In this document: piece after piece, positions 50,249-61,581 of the stretch
How positions within the stretch are numbered: the stretch's first letter is position 1
How the letters are laid out: each line of letters begins with the position of its first letter
DNA from: Macrostomum hystrix
Taxonomy: Eukaryota > Animalia > Platyhelminthes
Length of the DNA: 64,000 bases
Assembly: GCA_950097015.1 (NCBI GenBank)
Contig: CATNEN010000038.1
Location: forward strand, 22,940,001-23,004,000
Direction of reading: 5' to 3'
Notes under the pieces: generated by a model
The model's database searches: none
Told to the model about the DNA's origin: nothing
Seen by the model: the letters and a program-made list of their open reading frames with translations, nothing else
Translations under genes and position numbers: made by a program

Positions 50249-50519
50249 AATTTTTTACTTTTCCTCATAAACAAAAACACTAATAACTTTTTACATACTG
50301 CTAGCACAAGCTTCAGCAGTAGTGTTGCTTGCAAATGAGACGAAAAATATTCAGAAATTTTTCTCTAAGGAGGCAACAGCATGCGATTGGTTGGAATGTA
50401 AAATGGGCTTCCATCAAAAAACTTTTTTATGCAGTCGAGTCGTTAATAACACAGGTAAGCACAGTAGATCAACTCAACCATCAAATCCTCGAACTATCCC
50501 CAAAACTGTCAAAATCATT

Positions 50520-51017
50520 ATGCGTCCTAGCTTTGGCGCCAGTCGGACCGCCAGCGAAGGCGAACGTCCGCAGCCGTCCAAGCCAATGATTCGCCAAGTC
50601 GCGCTGGGCGAGAGTCGCGGCGGCGGGTCACGTGACTCCAGCCTGGAGCGTCACGTGACCTTCTCGCCGGCGGTCCGCAGCCCCACAAGCGCGGCTGCTC
50701 ATCGACGACCGCCGCCGTCCCCGGTGCCGCCAGGCGTTGTTGGAACCGGCTCCGATGATGACGACGAAGACGACAGCAATGATGACGCGACGTCGTCGTT
50801 CAGGATGTCAAGGGAGCCAGCTGCGGGCCACCTCCACCCGGCTAGCCTGCTGCAGTTCCCGGGCCGGTCCCTGGTCATCCCCTGCCCGCTGCCCCGGTCC
50901 TGCCCGTCGACGCCGCTGCGACGGGCGCGTGAAGTCGCAGCGCACACCGGGCCAAGGAGTGACTCCATCTTGAAGCCCGAGCTGCTCAGCGTTGCGAAAC
51001 GTCTGGATACACGGCTG
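50520..51017 (+). CDS. GC-rich exon encoding a disordered Ser/Pro/Arg-rich region with RHVTF and DSILK motifs; start ATG 50520 or 50586
   Basis: Open frame in a GC-rich island between AT-rich or satellite DNA; candidate GC donor CTG|GCGAGT at 51018 (if unspliced, stop at 51044). Confidence 0.6.
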
Positions 51018-51019
51018 GC

Positions 51020-52150
51020 GAGTCAAATATCCCAAGAGAATTGACCCAAATTCTAATATCCCAAGAGAATCGTCCGAATACTAATGCAATCGTCACAAAT
51101 TCCAATATCAAAGAAGAATCGTCCAAGGCTCGAATATCTTAAGAGAATCGTCCAAACTCGAATATCCCAAAAAATCGTCCCATCTTTAGATATCCGAAGA
51201 GAATCGTCCCAAACTCAAATACCCCAAGAGAATCGTCCTAAATTCAAATGTCCCAGGAGAATCGTTTCGAATTCGAATATCCCAGAAGAATCGTCCTAAA
51301 CTCGAATATCCCAGGAGAATCTCATGAGGATCCAGGAGAATCGTCCCAACTTTAGATATCCCAAGAGAATCGTCCCAAATTCTATTATCGCAGGAGAATC
51401 ATCTCGAATTCCAATATCCCAGAAGAATCGTCCTAAACTCGAATATCCCAGGAGAATCGTCCCGACTTATGATATCCCAGAAGAATCGTCCCAAACTCGA
51501 ATATCCCAGGAGAATCTCATGAGGATCCAGGAGAATCGTCCCAACTTCAGATATCCCAAGAGAATCGTCCCAAATTCTATTATCGCAGGAGAATCGTCTC
51601 GAATTCCAATATCCCAGAAGAATCGTCCCAAACTCGAATATCCCAGAAGAATCGTCCTAAACTCGAATATCCCAGAAGAATCGTCCCAAACTCGAATATC
51701 CCAGGAGAATCTCATGAGAATCGAGGAGAATCGTCCCAACTTTAGATATCCCAAGAGAATCGTCCCTAACTCAAATATCCCAAGAGAATCCTCCCTAACT
51801 CAAATATCCCAAGAGAATCGTCCCTAACTCTAATATCCCAAGAGAATCGTCCCTAACTCAAATATCCCAAGAGAATCGTCCCTAACTCAAATATCCCAAG
51901 AGAATCGTCCCTAACTCAAATATCCCAAGAGAATCGTCCCTAACTCTAATATCCCAAGAGAATCCTCCCTAACTCTAATATCCCAAGAGAATCGTCCCTA
52001 ACTCAAATATCCCAAGGGAATCGTCCCTAACTTAAATATCCCAAGAGAATCGTCCCTAACTCAAATATCCCAAGAGAATCGTCCCTAACTCAAATATCCC
52101 AAGAGAATCGTCCCTAACTCAAATATCCCAAGAGAATCGTCCCAAATTGC
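51020..52150. repeat. 29-bp minisatellite (CAAATATCCCAAGAGAATCGTCCCTAACT)
   Basis: Tandem units with a ~195-bp higher-order block. Confidence 0.93.
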
Positions 52151-52667
52151 AAAATCCTTTCAATTTTAAATATTTTTCCTTTTAAATTAGTCGTAACACA
52201 ACCAATAATTTTAGAATACCTGTCTTTTTCTTTTTCGTCCTGTGTCATTTCTAATCCTTTTCCTTACTGAAGCAAGAGTGCATTAATCCATCAATTTACT
52301 CGTCAAAGCCTCATTTACTGTGCTGTCCTACCCGTATTTAATCTTTAAAAAGCTTATTTGGATGCACTTAATGATCGAGAGTATAGGAGATCAGACATCA
52401 TTATTGTAAGCGTTGATTTATTGTTACAGATGTAGGATAATAATCAGCTCCTGAGCTAATCCTTTAGACAATTATCTTCTCAAGCAGAATTGAGCTAGTA
52501 AGGTAATAGGGCGGATCCCTTTAAGGTATAAAGCAAAGCCTCCATTGCACTGAAGATTTGCTCAGATCAAAGTGGTGATTGAAGCCCTTGTGAGGGAAGC
52601 CCGAACTGTGGGACAAAATCAATATTGTATTTTCTTTTCTATATGTCAATTAAATATACACTTCCTC

Positions 52668-54930
52668 TAGATGTCACTATAGGTGGATTATCCAGCTGTC
52701 ACTAGGTGGATTATATAGCTGTCACTATAGGTGGATTATCCAGCTGTCACTAGGTGGATTATCTAGCTGTCACTAGGCGGATTATCCAGCTGTCACTAAG
52801 CGGATTATCCAGCTGTCACTTTGAGGATTATCCAGCTGTCACTATAAGTGGATTATCCAGCTGTCACTTTGTGGATTATCCAGCTGTCTCTTTGTGGATT
52901 ATCTAGATTGCCAGGTGGATTATCTAGCTGTCAATTGGCCCATTTTCTAGCTGGCACTGAGTGGATTATCTAGCTGTCACTAGGTGGATTATCCAGCTGT
53001 CACTAGGTGGATTATCTAGATTGCCAGGTGGATTATCTAGCTGTCAATTGGCCCATTTTCTAGCTGGCACTGAGTGGATTATCTAGCTGTCACTAGGTGG
53101 ATTATCCAGCTGTCACTAGGTGGATTATCTAGCCGTCACTAGGTGGATTATCTAGCTGTCACTAGGTGGATTATCCAGCTGTCACTAGGTGGATTATCCA
53201 GCTGTCACTAGGTGGAATATTTAGCTGTCACTAGGTGGATTATCCAGCTGTCACTAGGTGGATTATCCAGCTGTCACTAGGTGGATTATCTAGCTGTCAC
53301 TAGGTGGAATATCTAGCTGTCACTAGGTGGATTATCCAGCTGTCGATTGGCGGATTATCTAGCTGTCACTAGGTGGATTATCCAGCTGTCACTAGGTGGA
53401 TTATCTAGCCGTCACTAGGTGGATTATCTAGCTGTCACTAGGTGGATTATCCAGCTGTCACTAGGTGGATTATCCAGCTGTCACTAGGTGGAATATCTAG
53501 CTGTCACTAGGTGGATTATCCAGCTGTCGATTGGCGGATTATCTAGCTGTCACTAGGTGGATTATCCAGCTGTCACTAGGTGGATTATCTAGCCGTCACT
53601 AGGTGGAATATCCAGCTGTCACTAGGTGGATTATCTAGCTGTCACTAGGTGGAATATCTAGCTGTCACTAGGTGGATTATCCAGCTGTCGATTGGCGGAT
53701 TATCTAGCTGTCACTAGGTGGATTATCCAGCTGTCACTAGGTGGATTATCTAGCCGTCACTAGGTGGATTATCTAGCTGTCACTAGGTGGATTATCCAGC
53801 TGTCACTAGGTGGATTATCCAGCTGTCACTAGGTGGAATATCTAGCTGTCACTAGGTGGATTATCCAGCTGTCGATTGGCGGATTATCTAGCTGTCACTA
53901 GGTGGATTATCCAGCTGTCACTAGGTGGATTATCTAGCCGTCACTAGGTGGAATATCTAGCTGTCACTAGGTGGATTATCCAGCTGTCACTAGGTGGATT
54001 ATCTAGCTGTCACTAGGTGGATTATCTAGCTGTCACTAGGTGGATTATCCAGCTGTCACTAGGTGGATTATCTAGCCGTCACTAGGTGGATTATCTAGCT
54101 GTCACTAGGTGGACTATCCAGCTGTCACTAGGTGGATTATCCAGCTGTCACTAGGTGGAATATCTAGCTGTCACTAGGTGGATTATCCAGCTGTCGATTG
54201 GCGGATTATCTAGCTGTCACTAGGTGGATTATCCAGCTGTCACTAGGTGGATTATCTAGCCGTCACTAGGTGGAATATCTAGCTGTCACTAGGTGGATTA
54301 TCTAGCTGTCACTAGGTGGATTATCTAGCTGTCACTAGGTGGATTATCCAGCTGTCACTAGGTGGATTATCCAGCTGTCACTAGGTGGATTATCTAGCCG
54401 TCACTAGGTGGATTATCTAGCCGTCACTAGGTGGATTATCCAGCTGTCGATTGGCGGATTATCTAGCTGTCACTATAGGTGGATTATCTAGCCGTCACTA
54501 GGTGGAATATCTAGCTGTCACTAGGTGGATTATCCAGCTGTCACTAGGTGGATTATCTAGCTGTCACTAGGTGGATTATCTAGCTGTCACTAGGTGGATT
54601 ATCCAGCTGTCACTAGGTGGATTATCCAGCTGTCACTAGGTGGATTATCTAGCCGTCACTAGGTGGATTATCTAGCCGTCACTAGGTGGATTATCCAGCT
54701 GTCGATTGGCGGATTATCTAGCTGTCACTAGGTGGATTATCTAGCTGTCACTAGGTGGAATATTCAGCTGTCACTAGGTGGATTATCTAGCCGTCACTAG
54801 GTGGATTATCCAGCTGTCACTAGGTGGATTATCTAGCCGTCACTAGGTGGATTATCTAGCCGTCACTAGGTGGATTATCCAGCTGTCACTAGGTGGATTA
54901 TCTAGCCGTCACTAGGTGGATTATCTTGCT
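52668..54930. repeat. 23-bp minisatellite (AGCTGTCACTAGGTGGATTATCC)
   Basis: About 95 units with recurring variant blocks. Confidence 0.97.
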
Positions 54931-55537
54931 GGCTGGTCAAGAATGAAATTACATAATGGAACTTTTGTTTCGGAATATATAAAAGTACTTTTCCAATCCA
55001 ATGCATTTTTGACTATAAAAAGACATATGCCTCGATCTGAATCTCTTCAAAACTTCTTGTGCGTGCGAGTTTTCCAAGCCCCTTCAACAATTTCCAATCG
55101 CGACACTCAACCACCTATAACTACAGCGTTGGCAACAAAGAGTCGTGTACAGAATCTGCTAGTTTGGGCACAATGCAAAAGCGCACACCTGGGCCAAGGA
55201 TGCCTTTTGAACCACTTTTGTGCCACTTCCGAGACGCGTCGCCATTGTAAATCATTGAGCGACAACATCCGGGATACGACCGGGAAAAAAACTGATTGGT
55301 TGGAAATCTTGTCGCTATGCAGCTTATTCAATATATCAGCTTATACTGATAGAATTATTTGCCGTTCTAAAATATTTTTGACAGACTTTTCTCGATTCGC
55401 TTCTGAATTCTGCTGTTAATAAATGCCGAATTAAAATGGAAATGTGGAATTTACCGTATCAATAATTTATAAAATACGGTATTTTTTAATCCCAATTGTT
55501 ACTTCAAAATCCCAAATTTTCTTAAAATCACAACTTA

Positions 55538-55866
55538 ACGCGTTTGCCTCTCGCACCAAGGTCCCTAAGTTCGATTCCGCGGCGAGGCCACATTTATTTG
55601 GGGCGCAGTCGCGGAGAGAAGGCTTGGGGGCTTGTCGTGCAATTGACACCCTTGAGGGCCAACCTCCAAGGCACAGTGAAAGTGTACACTGCCTGACGAT
55701 GAGAAAGTCAGGGCAGATGTACACACCTGTGTGAGCGTGTGCCTGCGTACAGTATCTGTGTGTGTGCGTGTGTGCTCAGGAGTCTGAGAAATGGGCAGAA
55801 TTGCCTCCTCGCTGGCTGCGGGTCTAGTGTCACCAAACGATATCCCATTGCCCGTAGCCCTCCACA
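55538..55866 (+). mobile_element. tRNA-headed SINE, copy 5
   Basis: Family match, B box GTTCGATTCC. Confidence 0.85.
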
Positions 55867-56517
55867 GCCCTTGAAACTATCACATATTTGCCATAAGTTT
55901 CCTTAATATCATATCTTCTCAAAATCCAAGTTTCCACAAATCCTAAGTTCACACGACACAAATTTACCTTAATCCAGAGTTTCGGAAATCCCAAATTACC
56001 TCAATCCATAATCCCCATAATTTTCCTGAGCTGAGTTGCTGCAGCACTGAGCTGGATTAGAAAACTAATTCGATCCTCCTCGTTGCGATAAAAAAAATAC
56101 CCTAATTTCCAGCATCGGCAGAACACGGATGATACGAAAGCTTGAATCAGCATAAATCAGAGCCGGGACACATTTATTTTCTAGTCCAAGAGTAGAGATG
56201 TACTTTTACCAGTAGCCCAAGTCTTTCACTGGGATCGGATTGGAATTCCATCCAGTTCATTAGATCGGCCATTGTCGCATAGATCTGGGCGAATGCTAAT
56301 TTTGTTCCGCTAGGAGGAATTTTAGGGAGTTGATATAATCTGCTGAGACTATGCTCTAGCCTGCTTATGCATAAGTAGCTATTCCGATTCGAATGGTAGA
56401 ATTGAAAGTATTTGCAGACACCAAACACGTTCTACTGTTAGTAGTAGGATTTGAGAATTATTTAATTTGCTTTTTTTAAAAGAACACATTTTTCGGTTAT
56501 TTTTACTCTAACTTTAG

Positions 56518-56876
56518 ACGTTTGCCTCTCGCACCAAGGTCCCTAAGTTCGATTCCACGGCGAGGCCACATTTATTTGGGGCGCAGTCGCGGAGAGAAGG
56601 CTTGTGGGTTTGCTGTGCAATTTACGCCCTTAAGTGCCAACCTCCAAGGCACAGTGAGAGTGTACACTGCCTGACGATGAGAAAGTCAGGGCAGATGTAC
56701 ACACCTGTGTGAGCGTGAGCCTGCGTACAGTATCTGTGTGCGTGTGTGCTCAGGAGTCAGCGAAATGGGCAGATTTGCCTCCTCGCTGGCTGCGGGTCTA
56801 GTGTCACCAAACGATATCCCATTGCCCGCAGCCCTCCTGCAATTATTATTAATATCATTATTATTATTATTATTGT
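56518..56876 (+). mobile_element. tRNA-headed SINE, copy 6 with (ATT)n tail
   Basis: Family match, B box and ATT tail. Confidence 0.87.
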
Positions 56877-56948
56877 CAACCTCCTTCTAAATACACAAAG
56901 TGTAAAATGCGAAACTGATAAATATGACCTTCATTTGACCTCTCACAG

Positions 56949-57452
56949 CTGTTGCTAGGCAACGCAGGCGCGCCAAGGCTGGGCGGAGCATTTCCGAACG
57001 TCGGGGCGCCGGCTCGCCTGCCACCGAATGGTCGCTCGGTTGATTGGTTCACCCTCTCCGACTGTCTACTTGGCTGCGGTGCTAGTAAATCGATTCTTTT
57101 GATCTTGCCGCCGCTGTTGGTTGCCAGGCAGATTGTGAGAGCATTCTGCCAGCGAGCTAGCGACTTCGCCAACTGCGGACTGTTAGCTAGGCTGGGTCGG
57201 CATCACGACAATCACGAGATTGACAGGCAGGATGTCAGATTGCTGTCTAGCTTTCCGCTACTGTTAGATTCCTCTGGCGAAATTGATCAACTTTGTGGCT
57301 TAACAGACGGCGCTAGCGGCTTGTTCGTTATCGACGGCTCAGATGGGCCTGTTCGCCTCGCGCTGAGGTCGTCCGCCACCTTCGCAGCCGGTTGGGAGCC
57401 AAAAGATGCAATGGGATGGACACAGCTGGCTTTGCGGATGCTGCTTCGCTGA
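56949..57452 (+). CDS. Terminal exon encoding a divergent peroxiredoxin (AhpC/TSA)-fold domain without catalytic residues
   Basis: Acceptor CTCTCACAG ending 56948; collinear resemblance to 2-Cys Prx: RLGGAFPN~RIGKPAPD, TLSD~KLSD, SILLILP~YVVLFFYP, AFCQRASDFANCG~AFSNRAEDFRKLG, FPLLLD~IPLLAD, GLFVIDG~GLFIIDG, AGWEP~AGWKP. Confidence 0.72.
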   Translation: MLLGNAGAPRLGGAFPNVGAPARLPPNGRSVDWFTLSDCLLGCGASKSILLILPPLLVARQIVRAFCQRASDFANCGLLARLGRHHDNHEIDRQDVRLLSSFPLLLDSSGEIDQLCGLTDGASGLFVIDGSDGPVRLALRSSATFAAGWEPKDAMGWTQLALRMLLR

Positions 57453-57486
57453 GTTGATGCATTAGTCGTTTTTATCCTGATCCCTC

Positions 57487-58775
57487 AGAGCTGAGGGGGA
57501 GAACAAGCTGAGGTGGAGAACAAGTTCAGGGAAGAACAAACTGGGGGGGAGAACAAGCTGAGGGGGAGAACAAGCTGATGGGGAGAACAAGCTGAGGGGA
57601 GGAAGAACAAGCTGAGGGGAAGAACAAGCTGAGGTGTAGAACAAGCTGCGGGGGAGAACAAGCTGAGGGGAGGAAGAACAAGCTGAGGGGAGGAAGAACA
57701 AGCTGAGGGGGAGAACAAGCTGAGGTGTAGAACAAGCTCTGGGAGAGATCATGCTCAGGGGAGAACAAGCTGAGGTGTAGAACAAGCTCTGGGAGAGATC
57801 ATGCTCAGGGGAGAACAAGCTGAGGGGGAGAACAAGCTGAGGGGGAGAACAAGCTGAGGGGGAGAACAAGCTGAGGGGGAGAACAAGCTGAGGGGGAGAA
57901 CAAGCTGAGGTGGAGAACAAGCTGAGGGGGAGAACAAGCTGAGGAGGAACAAGCTGAGGGGGGGAGAACAAGCTGAGGGGATGAACAAGCTGAGGGGATG
58001 AAAAAGCTGATTGGGGAGAACAAGCTCAGGGGGAGAACAAGCTGAGGGGAGGAAGAACAAGCTGAGTGGAGGAAGAACAAGCTGAGTGGAGGAAGAACAA
58101 GCTGAGGGGGAGAACAAGCTGAGGGGGAGAACAAGCTGAGGGGAGGAAGAACAAGCTGAGGGGAAGAACAAGCTGAGGTGTAGAACAAGCTGAGGGGAAG
58201 AACAAGCTGAGGTGTAGAACAAGCTGAGGGGGAGAACAAGCTGAGGGGAGGAAGAACAAGCTGAGGGGAGGAAGAACAAGCTGAGGGGAGGAAGAACAAG
58301 CTGAGGGGAGGAAGAACAAGCTGAGGGGAAGAACAAGCTGAGGGGGAGAACAAGCTGAGGAGGAGAACAAGCTGAGGGGAGGAAGAACAAGCTGAGGGGG
58401 AGAACAAGCTGAGGGGGGAGAACAAGCTGAGGGGAGGAAGAAGAGGCTGAGGGGGAGAACAAACTGAGGGGGAGAACAAGCTGAGGGGGAGAACAAGCTG
58501 AGGAGGAGAACAAGCTGAGGGGAGGAAGAACAAGCTGAGGGGAGGAAGAACAAGCTGAGGGGGAGAACAAGCTGAGGGGGGAGAACAAGCTGAGGGGAGG
58601 AAGAAGAGGCTGAGGGGGAGAACAAACTGAGGGGGAGAACAAGCTGAGGGGAGAAAGAACAAGCTGAGGGGAGGAAGAACAAGCTGAGGGGAGGAAGAAC
58701 AAGCTGAGGGGAGGAAGAACAAGCTGAGGGGAAGAACAAGCTGACGGGAAGAATAAGCTAAGGGGAGAACAGGCT
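57487..58775. repeat. 19-23-bp minisatellite (GAGAACAAGCTGAGGGG)
   Basis: Tandem units; explains ORFs 57462-58843. Confidence 0.95.
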
Positions 58776-59633
58776 GCGGAGTTTCTAACGTTGCGGTCTT
58801 TCGAGACTGCATGTGTAACCAACTCATATGACGATCCAGACAATGAAATAAACTAACTCTCGACTGACTGACCAGTGTACTCCCATTTGATTTACAAGCC
58901 TAAATAACTAATTCGTAGATTCCATTAGTATTTTCTTCAATATTTTTAATCGTTGTTTCCAAAAACTTTATCAGTTAGTGTCCTTCGTAGTTTTATTTTG
59001 TTATTTGATTAATAAGAACAATTTGACCCGTCAGCTACAAATAATATTAATTAGTAAATACACATGGAAGAGGATGATATTAAACATCATTTATTTACTC
59101 GGAAAGACTGCACAATACGCTCTCATTGCCTGACACTTCGGGCCGATGAGAAAACAAAAAATTCTATTTGAAAAAAAGAATGACTGGTCAATTTACTCCA
59201 ATTTAATTCAGCTTTTTAATCTGATATTAATCCCTTAATCTACGATAACTGACCTATGAAGAAGTACATTTTTGATTGACTATTTTAGCTTTTGATATTT
59301 CCTTAATAAATGGTGTTTAAAAATGTCAGTTACAATTAAAAAAAGTAAGTATGCAAACATCGAACTACGAAATTGGTTTACTCGAACTTTTATCAATTAG
59401 AGTGATACACTCGTATCGTCTGCTTTTAGTCTATGGTTGAGAGGGCAGCGATGAGTTTCAAGTTGGCTCTGTACCATAGACGTAGAATTTTTATGGTCTA
59501 TGGCCTAGAAATCATCGATTCTTTAAGCCCTGTCTTTCGCATAGTTGATTATAAGACTTAGCGGCTCTAATTGTGTCTTCTCTCTTCGTTAGTGCGACAA
59601 AAGCAAAGCGAGAAGCAAACAAGAAGGACAAAA

Positions 59634-60834
59634 ATGAACATCATTGCGCCATTAGCCAAGATTCTAATCTGCGGTCAGTGCAACAAAATCTTTCTAAAAG
59701 AGGCCAACATTGTCGAGCATCTAAAGACTCATTTGGCTTCGCTAATGCTAACCGCTACGGAGGCGAATGATTGCGACACGATCATCGATACGGACGTTGA
59801 AGGCTCTGATTTTCGTTTGATGGCCACTGTTTGCACTTTAAAGGTGATCGATTTTTTTGAGTCGTTGTATATATTTTTTACGAATTTACAATCCTCAAGC
59901 TCGAATACATGCAAGGCCGACGTCCATTCATTTGGGGCGCAGCCGCCCAGAGAAAGCTTGCGGACTTGTTGAGCAATTTTAGAACAAAAAAGGCCAAATC
60001 GTGAACGTTGGATTTACTCTTGTGTGAACCTGCGTGCCTAGCGTTGTCCGTCAAATAATCCACCAATTCACACAGTATCAGTTAAATTACTAGCACTATA
60101 TATAGACTTAATTTAGTTAGCTATTCTTATTATTATTATCAGATTGAGCTAAACAGAGCATCACTAGCCGATGAGTCGGCGCCAAATCCAGTTGGGTCGC
60201 CAATCAACCCGGAGACTTCGACCAGCCCAACTGATGCCAACAACTCCGAAGCAATTCCAAGCGCCAGCATCTGCAGACAGATGGCAATTGCTATGGACGA
60301 TTTCTCTGAAAACGCCGCGTTGAAGTTTGAAATTCCCGCCGACGCCATTCAGAGTCGAGAGCCCTGCTCGGCTAGCAACCAAATCAGGCTGCTCCGTCTC
60401 AACCGGCTGGTTGGCAAATTTCGGCGCAAGATTGCCTTCGAATGCCAGATCTGCGGAAAACAGTTTCGCTACCAGCTGGCAGCCACAGACCACGTCAATC
60501 TGCACACTAGCGGCAAGCACTTTAAGTGTCGCTATTGCGGCATCGCTTGTCGCAGCTCTCCAGCTAGGAATATGCACGAGAAGCGTAAGCATAGAAAACA
60601 GCAGGAGCAGCAGCAGCAGAGGAGACGGCTAGAGCAGAAAAGACAACTTCAGCTGCTGCGGCGTCGGCAATCTGAAACTATTGACGACAACGACGTCTCG
60701 GCCCAAGACACCGGCCAGCTGTCCAATCGAGAGAGCGACAACGATGTAGACGATGAAGTTACAACTGGTGAGGCTGGTGGTCAAAAGCCACAGCCTTTCC
60801 AAGGCCCGGTGCCTTCCCTGCCTGTGAGACCTCT

Positions 60835-60872
<38 letters not shown>

Positions 60873-61581
60873 GGCAGCAAATCGCGCACAAGCAACTGCT
60901 ACTCCCAGCTCCTGCGCCCCAATTCAATTCTACTGGTAAGCAAAAACCAATAAATACATGCTATATAGCATGTTATTTCTTATGACAAGCAAATGCTTAT
61001 TTGTTTTGGGCGCTATCTCTGTACCTACAGGCTCACCAGTTGTCTCATTAGTCCCACCGCCATGGGCAAAGCGCTGCCCTTATTGTCCGGCGACATTCAC
61101 CGATGTGGTTTTACTAGCTAGACACTTGCTACAGCAGCATCAGCAGCAGCAGCAGCACCAGCAGCAGTTGAGTCTTAACAGATTCCCAAATACCTTCACC
61201 ACTGCCGGCTTGGTTCCTGTTTCAACTGCTCCCTGGCTTGCTGCGCCTAGTCGATTTTTTCCGCCGCCACCGCCACCGCCGACGCTACTGCTGCCGCAGC
61301 AGCAGCAGCAGCAGCAAAAGCTTCAAAATTTGGCGGCCTCTTGTTCAAACGGGCTGCAGTCAACAAGCCAGCCATTGCTGCCAACAAGGGCTGGATTTTT
61401 TACTTATCCGAGTCAGCGATTTCCAGCCCGACTGTCACTGGCTTCTGCCAGCCTCCAGCAGCAGCAGCAGCAGCAGCAACAACAACAACAACAGGCTCTA
61501 GCTTTGTCGGCATTCTATGTCTGTGGTGGGGCTCCGAATATAGCTGCAAATCAGCCGCAGGAGACAAGAAGTCACGAATGA
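59634..61581 (+). CDS. C2H2 zinc finger protein with polyQ tracts, ~517 aa; exons 59634-59843, 60143-60935, 61031-61581
   Basis: Four fingers (CGQC..HLKTH; CQIC..HVNLH-TSGKHFK-CRYC..HEKRKH; CPYC..HLLQQH); GT-AG introns of phase 0 and 1 are consistent; AATAAA near 61612. Confidence 0.85.
59905..59980 (+). mobile_element. Highly degraded fragment of the tRNA-headed SINE family (copy 7)
   Basis: CATTCATTTGGGGCGCAGCCGCCCAGAGAAAGCTTG resembles the family body. Confidence 0.55.

Noticed and set aside
55681-55725. Hammerhead ribozyme (CTGACGA...GAAA..TC) in the SINE
   Set aside because: Only 3 nt lie between the core halves, so stems II and III cannot form; the segment folds better as a simple hairpin
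56876-57449. Minus-strand frame with TGA stops (readthrough or selenoprotein idea)
   Set aside because: It is simply the in-register antisense of the Prx-like exon on the + strand
59474-59503. CCATAGAC...GTCTATGG inverted repeat upstream of the zinc-finger gene
   Set aside because: 8-bp arms and a single instance; too short to call an element
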